Source: Eledone cirrhosa
Lineage: Eukaryota
Length of the DNA stretch: 64,000 nt
Direction of reading: 5' to 3'
NCBI GenBank assembly: GCA_964016885.1
Contig: OZ024742.1
Coordinates: 43,524,001 to 43,588,000, forward strand
In this document: in pieces, positions 13,721 to 25,159 of the stretch
How positions within the stretch are numbered: the first letter of the stretch is position 1
How the letters are laid out: each line of letters begins with the position of its first letter
Program-made: the position numbers and the translations under genes
The notes under the pieces: generated by a model
Told to the model about the DNA's origin: nothing
Database searches by the model: none
Seen by the model: the letters and a program-made list of their open reading frames with translations, nothing else

Positions 13721-14369
13721 GTAGATCCAATTGAAAGAGTTGAGAACAAGCCCCTTTCTTTGGCAAATCCCTGATTGAATTTTTTAAGTTTCACTTGAAG
13801 AGGAAAAATCAGAGTAGAGGAGGAAGTGTTGCCTTCCAACCAGTTTGTGGATGGTCCGAGTGAATGGGCCTGCTCTGAGTATACACATGTAGATTGCAGG
13901 ACTTCTGTGGCCTTTCTCCAACCTTACTGGGGAATATTTTCGTTTGAATTTTTTTTACATGATACTACCTTTTTTTAAATACAAAAACCCCTGTTTGTAT
14001 CGTACTGTGCCATCTTGTATAGTCTTTGTTGTTATTTTTTATGTGAGCCGTGAGTGGCTAAGGTGATAATCACCTTAGCCACTCACGGATTCTAATAATT
14101 ATTAGAATCCGGCGAAATGCAGTGTATTGTGGAGTTACGTCCCTTTACATATTGAATTAAAATCTTGCCATGACCGGCTTCGTTTCCTCATTTTTGTTGA
14201 ATGTTCAACCGATTAATTACCATCTACCCTAGTAAAGGCTTCTAATTAAGGTACAATGCTAGTAGTTCTATGACAGGGTAAATCTGATTGTGCCGACCTC
14301 AGTGCTCGGCTGGTATTTTATTTTATCGACCCCGACTTGCACTCAATGTTTGACTGGAACGAAAATCAG

Positions 14370-15060
14370 TGCTGTGAAACTGAGACACTCGTCCTCTCAA
14401 GGAAGCCTGCACAGTGCACCTTATATGTAAATAGAGTTCAAACTGAAAAAGGTAGAGAATTTCAAGTATCTCGGGGCCGTGTTCACAAATGATGGAAGGC
14501 AGGAGGCTGCATTAAGTACAAGAATTGCAGGAGCTAGTGCAGTAATGCGTCAGCTTCAGTACCAGCCTTCAGTAAGAAGGGAGGTAGGCGTAAGAGCCAA
14601 ACTCGCTATATTCAATTCGGTATTCATGCCAACCCTTTCTTATTGTCATTAATTTTAGGTAATGACCGAAATAATACGATCGCAAATTGAGGCGGCCGAA
14701 ATGGGGTTCCTCTGAAGGGTCTTTGGAGTAACGTTACTCGACAGAGTGCATGACTCGAAGATCAGAGAGTCACTCCAGGTAAAATCTCTCTACTTCTCTG
14801 AATTGAGAGATCACAGCTCCGATACTATGGGCAGAGGTTAGAATGTCTCAGGAAAAAATCGCTGAACAGATTATACGGGCAAAACCAACAGGTAGGAGAC
14901 CCCGTGCAAGATGGTTGAATAACATACATGAACTTGGCGGATCTCGCTTGGGGATCCAGTTGGATAAATTGGAGATGGTTGCTTCTGACAGGACTCGCTG
15001 GAAGGATTGTTTGAGGGTTCTGCCCCAACGACTCTCTTAGGAATAAGTGGGCGAAGAAGA
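14370..15060 (+). mobile_element. RTE-like LINE 3' fragment
   Basis: KVENFKYLGAVFTNDGRQEAALSTRI...AAEMGFL...KPTGRRPRARW. Confidence 0.8.
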
Positions 15061-15069
15061 AGACTCTGG

Positions 15070-15890
15070 TTGGATGAAAGGCAAAGTTAAGCTCGGCGTG
15101 ATTTGAACCCCAAACATTCAGAATCAAAACATATGCCACAAAGCATTGTCTTACGCTAATGATTTTGCCAATTTCTCTATTGCTAAACAAACGTAAACAA
15201 TTAATCTAGATATTTCCGAGTTACTTCCCTTGTTTTTCACGAAATATCGTCCCCCCCCCCCATCTCTACTTTTCCCCGTACAACATAATTGTTTCTACGT
15301 TTGGCACAAGGCCAGCAATTACTCAATGCATTACTGGTACTTTATTCTATCGACCTCAGAAGGATGAAAGGCAAAGTTAACCTCGGCGGGATTTGAACTC
15401 AGATCATACAGGGAGATAACTCTATGCTTCAAAGCATGGCATCCGATCCTCTACTGATACTGCCAATCCACCGCCTTTCTCCGGACAACATAATGGTTTC
15501 TAATTTAGGCATAAGGCCAACAATTTGAAAGAGAGGAAAGTCGATTAAATCGACTCCAGTGCGTTAGTGGTACTTTTTTTTATCAACTCCGTAAGGACGA
15601 AAGGAAAAGTTAACCTCGGCGGGATTTGAATTCAAATCGTAAAGGGTCGTAACTCTATGCTGCAAAGCATGGTGTCCAACACTCTACCAATGCTGCTAAT
15701 CCACCGAAATGATTTCTGATTGCAGTTCAAAACCAGCGTTTGTTGGGAGGAGAAAGTCGATTATAACAACTGGTACTTTATTTCATCGACCTGGGAATGA
15801 TAAAAAAAACAAGAGTAACATCAGAACGTAAAAGAACCGGAATAAATATTGCAAAGTATTTTATCTGACGTTTTAACGTTTCTGTCAATT
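15070..15890 (-). mobile_element. Cluster of ~4 tRNA-derived SINE copies
   Basis: Repeated plus-strand ggatgaaaggcaaagttaacctcggcgggatttgaactc (reverse complement of the B-box and central domain). Confidence 0.85.
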
Positions 15891-16019
15891 GGAAACTATT
15901 TACTTCCTTTTATAATTAAATTTTGTATCTAAATGACATTAGAAATACTCAAAAAGAGAAAGAGAAAAAGAAGGAAAAACACACAAATAGGTAAAACATA
16001 CATCTAGGACTACATACAA

Positions 16020-16312
16020 CAAGAAGCAGGCGAAAGAGGTAGAGGGGGAAAACGAACTGCTACCAGAGTCGCGAGGAAACTGCTAACAGTATCGCGAGGA
16101 AACCTCTCTAATAATTTTTTAGGTAAGCCAGCACACTCGCAGCGTTACCTCGGCCGATGGCGAGGCTGATGTACTAGAACAACCAAGCGCCCTCACGAGC
16201 TTCACCAGTTACCTGTGTTAGGCGAACTGCCAGTGTAGATAAGAACCTCGCAGTCAGAAGCCCGACTTCACCAAACGTCTCGAACGCCACAGGCTGGAAA
16301 ATGTAGTTAGTC
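16020..16312 (-). mobile_element. CRE-clade LINE 3' fragment
   Basis: YIFQPVAFETFGEVGLLTARFLSTLAVRLTQVTGEAREGAWLF, homologous to 18440-18670. Confidence 0.8.
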
Positions 16313-16454
16313 GATTTATCGAACAATATTTGACTTGATACTGCCGGCCCACCTATCCTCGATTTCTCCCTACCACCATAGCGCAGGTCAGTTCCATTAA
16401 CATGTCGCTTTGTACAACATAATCTAAAGGAGTCTCGACGTGACAGACTTTCAG

Positions 16455-16940
16455 CCACCACCAAACTCCTCCTCCTCTCTATGTCTATCACACAAAACTC
16501 TCCTTTAATCCCCCTCTCTGTATCTACTAAAACCAAACTCTACCACTCTCTATATCTACCACGGCACCGCCTCTCTTATCCCGCTCTCTATATTTAAGAC
16601 TAATACACTCTCTCACTTTCTATAAATACCTACACATATCTCTCCCACTCCCCATCTGTATATCAATCACCCCTAAACTCTCACCCTCTCTATATCTACT
16701 ACACGACACTCGCCATTATCCTTCTCTGTATATCTACAACCACCAAATTCTCCCCCTCTCTTTATCTATCATTACCTATCTCTATCAATTCTCTCCCCTC
16801 TCTACATCAACCATACAACCCTCTCTTCCAATCCCCCTATATATCAATTAACACCCAAATCTGCCCCTCTCTATATCTACTACACGGAACTCTCTTCTAC
16901 CCCCCCCTCTCTATATCTATCTTTTCCATCTGTCTCTACA
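16455..16940. repeat. Degenerate CT-rich minisatellite (~40-bp units, ctctctatatctac...)
   Basis: Recurrent cccctctctatatctactacac-like units. Confidence 0.7.
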
Positions 16941-17031
16941 TAACATGTACACAAATTGTAGCGCATATACAAATAGATGTGTCTTTTGGTAGTTTGGGAG
17001 AACAATATATTATTTGGGATACCCCTGGACT

Positions 17032-17390
17032 ACCCAACAACTATTTTTTCCAACCTGTGGCGTTGGTAAAACTTGACCCCTGACAGCGAATTTCTTGTCA
17101 TCGTTAACAGCTCGCCCTACCGTGATGTCGGGTGATGCCCGTGAGCGTGCCTAGTTGTTTCAACACCTTAGCCTCGCCATCACCCGTAGTAATGCTGCGA
17201 GCATGTTGGCTCGCCTCAAAAATCTCCGTTGACCCTTGTGGTGTGCGGCCGATTGTGGCACTTGGTGGTTGTTTTTGTTCGTTTTTCTTTCGCTTTGATT
17301 TTATATTTTTGTGCATTATATCTGTGAGGTTCCTAGCAATAATTAATTGTACTGTGTTTATATTTTCATTTTGTAAGAATAATAATAAAC
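17032..17390 (+). mobile_element. CRE-clade LINE 3' fragment with 3' UTR; a UTR-only copy lies at ~26900-26995
   Basis: aactattttttccaacctgtggcgttg...gccatcacccgtagtaatgctgcgagcatg is homologous to the other CRE copies. The tail tgtgaggtt(c/g)ctagcaata(a/g)ttaattgta is shared with ~26960-26990. Confidence 0.7.
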
Positions 17391-17780
17391 AATTTGTAAT
17401 GCCATTTACTCCCAACATAACTCAGAAATAAAAATAATAAAATTATATAAGTACGTCAATACTCATCTTTTTCCATTTCTTAGAGGGTTCTAAACTCCAC
17501 TATCAGGCTAAAATTTATTTAGTAAAAAAATACGGCGAAAGCTTCTATTTCTAATTCCAAACTCGTTCGCTGTTTCAAAAACATATAAACTATATTTTCC
17601 TGTCTTAAAAATAAAGAATATATATATATTTGTGTGTGTATACACATATACATACATATATATATCTGGTGTAGGATGCTTAAAGCGTCCGTATACGGTA
17701 GGCCGTTTGAGCACTCGATGCTCTTACAGAGCAGAGGATAAGAAACGGAGAATCAGTGGTGAGACGAATTAAAATTTATT

Positions 17781-17865
17781 AGACATACTACAATCATTTC
17801 TCTGGCGACCAGCTCGAGGCACGATCGAACCTGACTCTGAAATCGCAAGATCCTCAGATACGTCT
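17781..17865 (-). ncRNA. Type I hammerhead ribozyme (inverted copy of 18087-18171)
   Basis: Minus strand: agacgtat-CTGAGGA-tcttgcga...tcgccaga-GAAA-tgattg-TA-gtatgtct. Confidence 0.65.
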
Positions 17866-18086
17866 TAATCTTTCGAAGCAGAGTTTCCAAAATGGAAACT
17901 TCGACGACCTAATCTTCGAAAGACTCGAGTGCCTGGTCAATGTTAGACTCTCTCCAGAGTCCCGCGATCAGGCTGCGTTGCCCAAGCGATTTGGAGGTCT
18001 TGGTCTTCGTCCCTCTCTCTCCCCTGCTTCCTTTTTTCCACCCACGCTTGGTGGGTCCAAAATGGAAACTCTGCTTCGAAAGATTA

Positions 18087-18171
18087 AGACGTATCTGAGG
18101 ATCTTGCAATTTCAGAGTCAGGTTCGATCGTGCCTCGAGCTGGTTGCCAGAGAAACGATTGTAGTATGTCT
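18087..18171 (+). ncRNA. Type I hammerhead ribozyme
   Basis: Stem I agacgtat/gtatgtct, core CTGAGGA (18095-18101), stem II tcttgcaa/ttgccaga, GAAA (18152-18155), near-palindromic stem III cgattg and cleavage triplet GTA (18161-18163). Confidence 0.7.
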
Positions 18172-18414
18172 AATAAATTTTAATTCGTCGCACCACTGAT
18201 TCTCCGTTTCTTATGTGATACATATAAAGTATATTTTTTTTATTATACAGAGCATATAAATAAATTTACGGTAGAATAACATAACAAATATGTTTTAAAT
18301 ATATACATAAATAACATTACAAATGCTTAGATAACATTATAAATTGCTCGCGATTCTTTCAGAAAAATATATTCTTTTAATGTTTCAATATTAAAGAAAA
18401 TGTAAAGGAGGGGG

Positions 18415-19790
18415 TGAACACCTGAGCCAACACCAGAGCAAAAGACAGCAACGTCGCGAGGAGTACCGAGCAACCTCTCTAATGATTTTTGAGACAAGCC
18501 AGCACACTCGCAGCGTTGCCTCGTGTGATGGCGAGGCTAATGCGCTGGAACAACCAAGCGCCCTCGTGAGATTCGCCAGTTACCTCTATTAGGCGAGTGT
18601 AGATAAGAACCTCGCAGTCAGCGTGCCGACTCCCCCAAACGTCTCGAAAGCCACAGGCAGAAAAATGTAGCTGGCCGACAGATCACAGTATTTGAGGGTC
18701 TTACTCCGCTCGGCTACGGAAGCTGTGGCTCTCGTCCTAACCGCAGCATCCAGGATGTGGGAAAGAGCAAAAGAGTCATTAACAGTGACGTCCCAGACAA
18801 GGGACCTGTCTCTCGACCAGGGGCAGAGGGTAAGGCCGTCAGGTCTTTTGTCGTCACTTCTGGACAACCCAGATAGTTCTAAGATTGAGAGGATGTTCGC
18901 CCGGGCCAAAGCTGTCCTGAGAATGAGGTTTAGCTCCGTGTGACGCGCGAAGCGGCTGGCATTCAGGCAACAAGTAAGACTGTGGAGTCGAGGAGTTTGC
19001 CGCATCGACACCTCAAATCCATGCAAACGTCAGCTCCCACTCTGAGGGCGATGGAGACACGAAGTTCGTCCAGGCTGAGTAGGCCACCAACGTTGGCCAC
19101 GGGTAGGGCATCAACCCAGTCGCCTGAGTATTTGGCGCTGGCAGATAGTAAGCGGCACCTTGCAAACTTATCTGACTGGACGAAGATGGAGTCGAAGGTG
19201 ACCTTCGAACTTATGCCGTCCCAAGTTCTCTGACTTCGACTGTCCGCCACCTTCTCATGAAGAGACAAGCCCAACTCATTCCATTGCTGGAGAGCTTCAC
19301 CCAACTCCCTGTTGGATTTAGTCCATGCTGGAGAGGAGAGGATGCTGCTCACCAGGGTGGAGCAAGTGTGGGTGGAGGAAAGGAAGCAGGGGAGAGAGAG
19401 GAACGCACACTTATGAAGACCAAGACCCCCAAATCACTTGGGCAACGCAGCCTGATTGTGGGACTCTGGGGAGAGTCTAATATTGACCAGGCACTCGAGT
19501 CTCTCAAAGATTAGGTCGTCGAAGCGTTGGAGGCAGAACGGAAATCTGTGAGAGGGGCTGACCCTGGGCAGATACAGAAGCTTAGGAATAGACAGGTAGT
19601 TCCTGAGTATGAAGAAACCTTGATGGGGTTTGATAACTTCAGCAGCTGCCCAAGGCCAACCATCTTCGATTGGAAGATTGACTCGAAGGCCAGGTCTGTG
19701 ATTGGGGCTCCTAAGGAGCACCCGCCGTGATTCAACGGAATGGTAAGATCCAGTTTTTTGAAGAATACTTTCAAGTTATCTCAGACAAAG
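18415..19790 (-). mobile_element. 5'-truncated CRE-clade non-LTR retrotransposon (end of RT, zinc knuckle and restriction-like endonuclease), frameshifted
   Basis: LPK.FGGLG; SAKYSGDWVDALP...LSLDELRVSIALRVG..C..RCRCG; RFARHTELN...RPDGLTLCPWSRDRSLVWDVTVNDSFA...AERSKTLKY...FLPVAFETFG. Confidence 0.9.
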
Positions 19791-20330
19791 CACACACTCA
19801 TGCGAAAAAAGGGAAAAGTTGAAAATGTTTACCTCGTTTGGTGTTGAAATTGTAGGTTCAGAAAATGTTTCCAATCACAAGAAAGTGCGCACACATACAT
19901 ACATATATATATGATGGCTGCCCCCTCGTTATCGAGTATGGCCATTGCACGATATACCATTATTAATAATTATTAATTAATTCTATCGTGCAATGCCTGT
20001 GTGTGAAGATATTTTTTAAAGTGAGGAAAGACTGTGCACTGAGCCAATCCCACTCTCTGAGCGACAGTAGCTATAACCCGAAAAGAAGAAAAGATCAACA
20101 TCATCGGTAACTATGAACCGCAAGTTTTATATCGGAGTTATCCTTGTTTCCTTTGTTGCCTTCTCCTAGAAGAATGCCCTGACAAAGGTTAGGAGACCTT
20201 CACTCCCAGTGGTTTAACTGCGCGATCGGGTGTCCAGTCCGATTATTTTTATGTCCCCGCGCATATACACATTAAAAAATTAAGAAAAAATTAAGAAAAT
20301 AAATACAAACCGGAATTGTGGTAACTACCA

Positions 20331-20405
20331 ATCACCCAGATAACTTGTTGTTTCGCAAAGTTAATTATGAATAGAAATACTAATCCAAGCTCATCAGTGG
20401 GTGAT
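20331..20405 (-). ncRNA. Candidate type I hammerhead ribozyme (inverted copy of 20825-20902)
   Basis: Minus strand: atcaccca-CTGATGA-gc...gc-GAAA-caacaagtta-TC-tgggtgat. Confidence 0.5.
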
Positions 20406-20824
20406 GAATTAGTATCCTAGACACATCTAAGTTTGCTTAGTTTTTTCTTAATTTTTTCTTAAATTGAGACAAGCGAACCCTATTGTCTGTAATTAGTATT
20501 CTTTTCACCTTAGCGAATCAGGTCCCTTACCATTTGAACACATATATATATGTCTGCGTTCGTTTTTCTTTTATATTCTATTAATATACGGCTCAGAAAT
20601 ATCTCTTTCTTAGAGCTATTTTATTGTAAGAGACTATTTTGAGTTCCTAACTCAATAATACCTTTGATTTTCGGCTCCGTTAATTTGTTGAGCTATTTCA
20701 AATGTCGAGTGAACCTGGCTGCTATTTTTAGTGGTGTGGGTTTATGAGACACGCTAGGATGCCATGTGCGCTATTTTATGTATTTTATATATAGCATACT
20801 TAGATGTGTCTAGAATACTACTTC

Positions 20825-20902
20825 ATCACCCACTGATGAGCTTGGATTGGTATTTCTATTCATAATTAACTTTGCGAAACAACAACAAGTTATCTGGGTG
20901 AT
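20825..20902 (+). ncRNA. Candidate type I hammerhead ribozyme
   Basis: 8-bp stem I atcaccca/tgggtgat, CTGATGA at 20833-20839 and GAAA at 20876-20879. Stem II is weak and stem III has a mismatch (ATC at the cleavage site). Confidence 0.5.
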
Positions 20903-21250
20903 TGGTAGTTACCACAATTCCGGTTTGTATTTATTTTCTTAATTTTTTCTTAAATTGAGACAAGCGAACCCTATTGTCTATAGTTAGTATTCTTTTCACC
21001 TTAGCGAATCAGGTCCCTTACGATTTGAACACATATATCTATGTCTGTGTTCGGTTTTCTTTTATACTCTATTAATATACGGCTCAGAAATATCTCTTTC
21101 TTAGAACTATTTTATTGTAAGAGACTATTTTGAGTTCCTAACTCAATATATACCTATGATATATATATATATATATATATAAAAGACGTAAAATAAGAAA
21201 ATTAAAAAAAATTTTTTTTTTTAAAATTAACTTACTTACTTAAATTTTCA

Positions 21251-21330
21251 CTCCAACTAATTAGTTTCTGCAATGGGATAAAGACAGTTACGTAATGAAC
21301 TGTTGAGAATTTCATTGCGTCATCAGGGAG
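21251..21330 (-). ncRNA. Type I hammerhead ribozyme (inverted copy of 21771-21850)
   Basis: Exact reverse complement of the 21771-21850 motif. Confidence 0.65.
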
Positions 21331-21770
21331 ATCATTCTCAGCCAAGTCTCCAGGCAATGCGCGGACACCGGGGACTCATATAAAAATAATAATAATTCGG
21401 TAAATGGAACAGCTATCGAGGACTGGATTCCAGGTACTGAAAATTCTCACTGCCACTGGTCATATGGCCGATTCTAAAGAATCAATCACGATCTCCAAAT
21501 CACTGATTTGTCGAGCAAACCTGCCAAAACCACTTCTAAATTTTTTTTGGGGGTGCTAGTAGGCGTCTGTCATCTTACCATCCCATTCCTACTGACAAGC
21601 CTCTGTGTCACGAGATTGATTCTTTAGAATCGGCCATATGACCAGTGGCAGTGAGAATTTTCAGTACCTGGAATCCAGTCCTCGATAGCTGTTCCATTTA
21701 CCGAATTATTATTATTTTTATATGAGTCCCCAGTGTCCGCGCATTGCCTGGAGACTTGGCTGAGAATGAT

Positions 21771-21850
21771 CTCCCTGATGACGCAATGAAATTCTCAACA
21801 GTTCATTACGTAACTGTCTTTATCCCATTGCAGAAACTAATTAGTTGGAG
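21771..21850 (+). ncRNA. Type I hammerhead ribozyme
   Basis: ctcc-CTGATGA-c-gcaatg...cattgc-a-GAAA-ctaattag-TT-ggag. Palindromic stem III (CTAATTAG) as in minimal PLE hammerheads; the first stem II pair is a C/A mismatch. Confidence 0.65.
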
Positions 21851-22077
21851 TGAAAATTAAGTTAATTTTTAAAAAAATTTTTTTAAAAATTTTCTTATTT
21901 TACGTCTTTTATATTATTGTTCTGCATCCTCCTGCATTGAACCACCTAGGTACTATGACATAACCTGTGTATTTGCTGGCATTAGCGTACATCTGTGCGC
22001 TTATGTTAGTAGATATATTAAATTATCTATATATATATATATATATATATACATACATACATACATATACATATACA

Positions 22078-22189
<112 letters not shown>

Positions 22190-22291
22190 TATACATACAT
22201 ATACACACACACATACATATAAATACATACACACACATGTATGTGTGTAAAACTCATTCTTAGATGTATTCATTGAACCTTGTTTAACTCT

Positions 22292-22338
<47 letters not shown>

Positions 22339-22483
22339 TTATATATATATATATATCATCATCATCATCATCACCATCATCACCGTTTTACGTCCGTTCT
22401 TCCACGCTAGCATGGGTTAGACGGGTTGTCCTGTTGTGGGCAGTGTCTGGTCGGCTGACCATGCCTTGCTCATACAGGAACTG

Positions 22484-22528
<45 letters not shown>

Positions 22529-22629
22529 TTATACACACACACATATATATAAGAAAATACATAAATATTATATATATATAAAAATAAAAAGGTGAAAGGG
22601 GTAAACAAATAGTTGGGAATACGACAAAT

Positions 22630-22815
22630 AATTGTTTCTACTTTTGGCACAAGGCCAGCAATTATCCAGTGCATTACTGGTACTTTATTTTATCGACCCC
22701 GTAAGGATGAAAGGCAAAGTCAACCTCGGCGGGATTTGAACTCAGATCGTAAAGGGACATAACTATGCTGGAAAGCATGGCGTCCGACCCTCTACCGATA
22801 CTGCCAATCCACCGA
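22630..22815 (-). mobile_element. Young full-length tRNA-derived SINE
   Basis: Nearly identical to 25160-25342 (plus) and 42253-42440 (minus). Has the A-box tggcagtatcgg and the B-box gagttcaaatc. Confidence 0.9.
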
Positions 22816-23111
22816 CAAATAATGAATAAATAAATAATTAGAAAAGGGTATAAATGTTTATAGCTGATTTAGAGCACTCAACAAGTTCCTGGAGCAAATG
22901 ATCAATGAAAATAAGCATTAAATCACTGTATGTAATTATGCATATACATACACATATACATATACACACACACACACAACCATACAAATACACACATATA
23001 TACATACATATACATACATATACATATATATATATATACATATAGGAAAAAGTATGACCCCGACGGCAGAGCTCAAGCCGTTTCTGAGGCTATTATATAT
23101 ATACACACAGC

Positions 23112-23600
23112 TTGAGATCGGTGTGGAAGTCGGACCTTCGTAGAGACCTGAAGGTCCGTCTCTTCATTGCTGTAGTGGAGTCTGTGCTGCTGTATGGGTC
23201 TGAGACTTGGACACTGACCAAGAAACTCACTCAGATGTTGGATGGGTGCTACACGAGAATGCCGAGGATGGCTCTGAACATTAATCAGTATACACTGAGG
23301 ATGAAAAACTCAGAGCTGTATGGGAGCATCCCAAAAGTCAGCTCAAAAGTGACACAGAGGAGACTGAGGTTAGCTGGACATGCTCACCGACATCCAGAGT
23401 TGACATTGCACTCAGTGCTCCTTTGGGAACCCCTACATGGATACACTAGAAGAGGAAGACCAAGGTTAACGTATGTTGATGCCCTCAGGACAGACACTGG
23501 TCTGTTGGAGACGCAGGACATGGCAGCGATAATGAGGGACAGAGACCGCTGGAGAGAACTCGTCCATGAATCTCGGGAATTTTACCCGCCTTAGAGACAC
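23112..23600 (+). mobile_element. 5'-truncated RTE/RTE-X-like LINE 3' end (C-terminal ORF segment intact)
   Basis: VWKSDLRRDLKVRLFIAVVESVLLYGSETWTLTKK...RRLRLAGH...RGRPRLTYVD. Confidence 0.85.
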
Positions 23601-23889
23601 ATAAACAATTATATAAAAATACACATATACACACACCCACACATATCTACAAAAAGTTACGTCACCACCTTAATAAAATTACACACAAATATAAAAACAT
23701 ACACACACACACACATATATATATATATACACACACAAATACAACAGAAGCATATAAAATACAATTATATACACACATACATATACATACAGATATATAT
23801 AATTATATATACACATACATATACATACATATATATATATATATACATGTATACACATATACGCAACACACACACACACACACACAGAA

Positions 23890-24656
23890 ATAAATATCTA
23901 AAAATAAAAATGGTGGGTATGTAAAGGGTAAGGTAGAAAGTAGGGGGGAATAAGGAAAATAAATGACATAGGAAAAGGGTTAAATATAAGGGGAGATAAG
24001 GGAGAAAAAGAATATAAGAGTACAGAAAGTGAGTTCAGAAGGTAAAAAAATCGTAGTGGATGTAAGGCGTAGAGAGCAGAGAAGAAGTTCAAGGTGGTTG
24101 AGTCATCGTAGGAATGTCAATCCAGTTACAGATCAGATGTGATTTCAGGTGAGGACAACATCTGAAGATCTCGGTCTTGGAGTTCAGGCAAGTTGAAGTG
24201 GCTTTCAAGATTTGTAAAATCCTAAATTTTTCAGTGGTACACAAAGAACAATTCTTTGTGCCCCTTTGGTACTCCCTCGAATGGTCTAAAATAGACCAAT
24301 CGATAGAGTACGGGATGTTTTTATCCTTGAATTCCCACACCTTATTTGCGAGAGCCGTTGCTGTTCTTTTATCGGAGTGTTTAAAAGAAGCGACATGTGC
24401 ATAAAACCTGGTTTTAAACCTGTCCTGAGTCATGCCAACATATCGTTCACTCCTGGTTGGCTGGTTGTTAATTAAAGGTGTCACTTTGGCCTCATATACA
24501 ACGGATTTGGTGTTACATTTGCCCTGTAATGGGCATTCATCCGGCTTCCTGCAACTGCATCCTGGATTTATTCTCGTACGATTAGAATTAGTGATTTTAG
24601 ACTTCATTGATGGGCAGCAAGAGTAACTGATTTAACTACATTTCTATTAAATATCT
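23890..24656 (-). mobile_element. 5'-truncated Penelope-like element, C-terminal GIY-YIG endonuclease (Nematis-like)
   Basis: ORF 24089-24607: CSCRKPDECPLQGKCNTKSVVYEAKV...YVGMTQDRFKTRFYAH...WSIL...CSLCTTEK...LNSKTEIFRCCPH. Confidence 0.9.
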
Positions 24657-24693
24657 TATAATATCTATGATTAGGAGGAAAATGTTTGTCTAT

Positions 24694-24966
24694 AGATATT
24701 TAATAGAAATGTAGTTAAAATCAGTTACTCTTGCTGCCCATCAATGAAGTCTAAAATCACTAATTCTAATCGTACGAGAATAAATCCAGGATGCAGTTGC
24801 AGGAAGCCGGATGAATGCCCATTACAGGGCAAATGTAACACCAAATCCGTTGTATATGAGGCCAAAGTGACACCTTTAATTAACAACCAGCCAACCAGGA
24901 GTGAACGATATGTTGGCATGACTCAGGACAGGTTTAAAACCAGGTTTTATGCACATGTCGCTTCTT
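24694..24966 (+). mobile_element. Inverted partial duplicate of the Penelope-like element
   Basis: Reverse complement of 24385-24656 with one indel. Reads IFNRNVVKISYSCCPSMKSKI...YVGMTQDRFKTRFYAHVAS. Confidence 0.9.
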
Positions 24967-25159
24967 ATATATGTAGAAGTTCTAAAAATTATTATAGACA
25001 TTATTTTGAACTTTATACATGCACTCATTATTCGTTTTTCTTATATGTATGTATATCTATATTTAAATGTAACACGGTGTTAAGAGTTTAACTGTTATCA
25101 TTTACCTAAAGTATACTACATTAATAATACCTAATATATATCTATATATATATACATCC

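Larger units (their letters stand above)
17740..18214. mobile_element. Inverted pair of Penelope-like pseudo-LTR fragments (foldback) with a captured CRE fragment at the apex
   Basis: 17740-17889 is the reverse complement of 18063-18214, and each arm carries a hammerhead motif. The spacer 17901-18055 is CRE ORF sequence (FDDLIFERLECLVNVRLSPESRDQAALPKRFGGLGLR). Confidence 0.75.
20281..21150. mobile_element. Complex tandem/inverted repeat, Penelope-like pseudo-LTR structure ending in (TA)n
   Basis: 20281-20430 is the reverse complement of ~20800-20950, and 20441-20657 is a direct repeat of ~20934-21147. Hammerhead-like motifs occur in both orientations. Confidence 0.7.
21181..21910. mobile_element. 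Near-perfect ~300-bp inverted repeat (Penelope-like pseudo-LTR pair) inserted at (TA)n
   Basis: 21181-21487 is the reverse complement of ~21615-21910, with a ~127-bp spacer and a hammerhead motif in each arm. Confidence 0.8.

Noticed and set aside
19915-20250. Possible RTE 5' UTR or HDV-like ribozyme (gccttctcctag motif)
   Set aside because: Could not build the nested double pseudoknot by eye; left unassigned.
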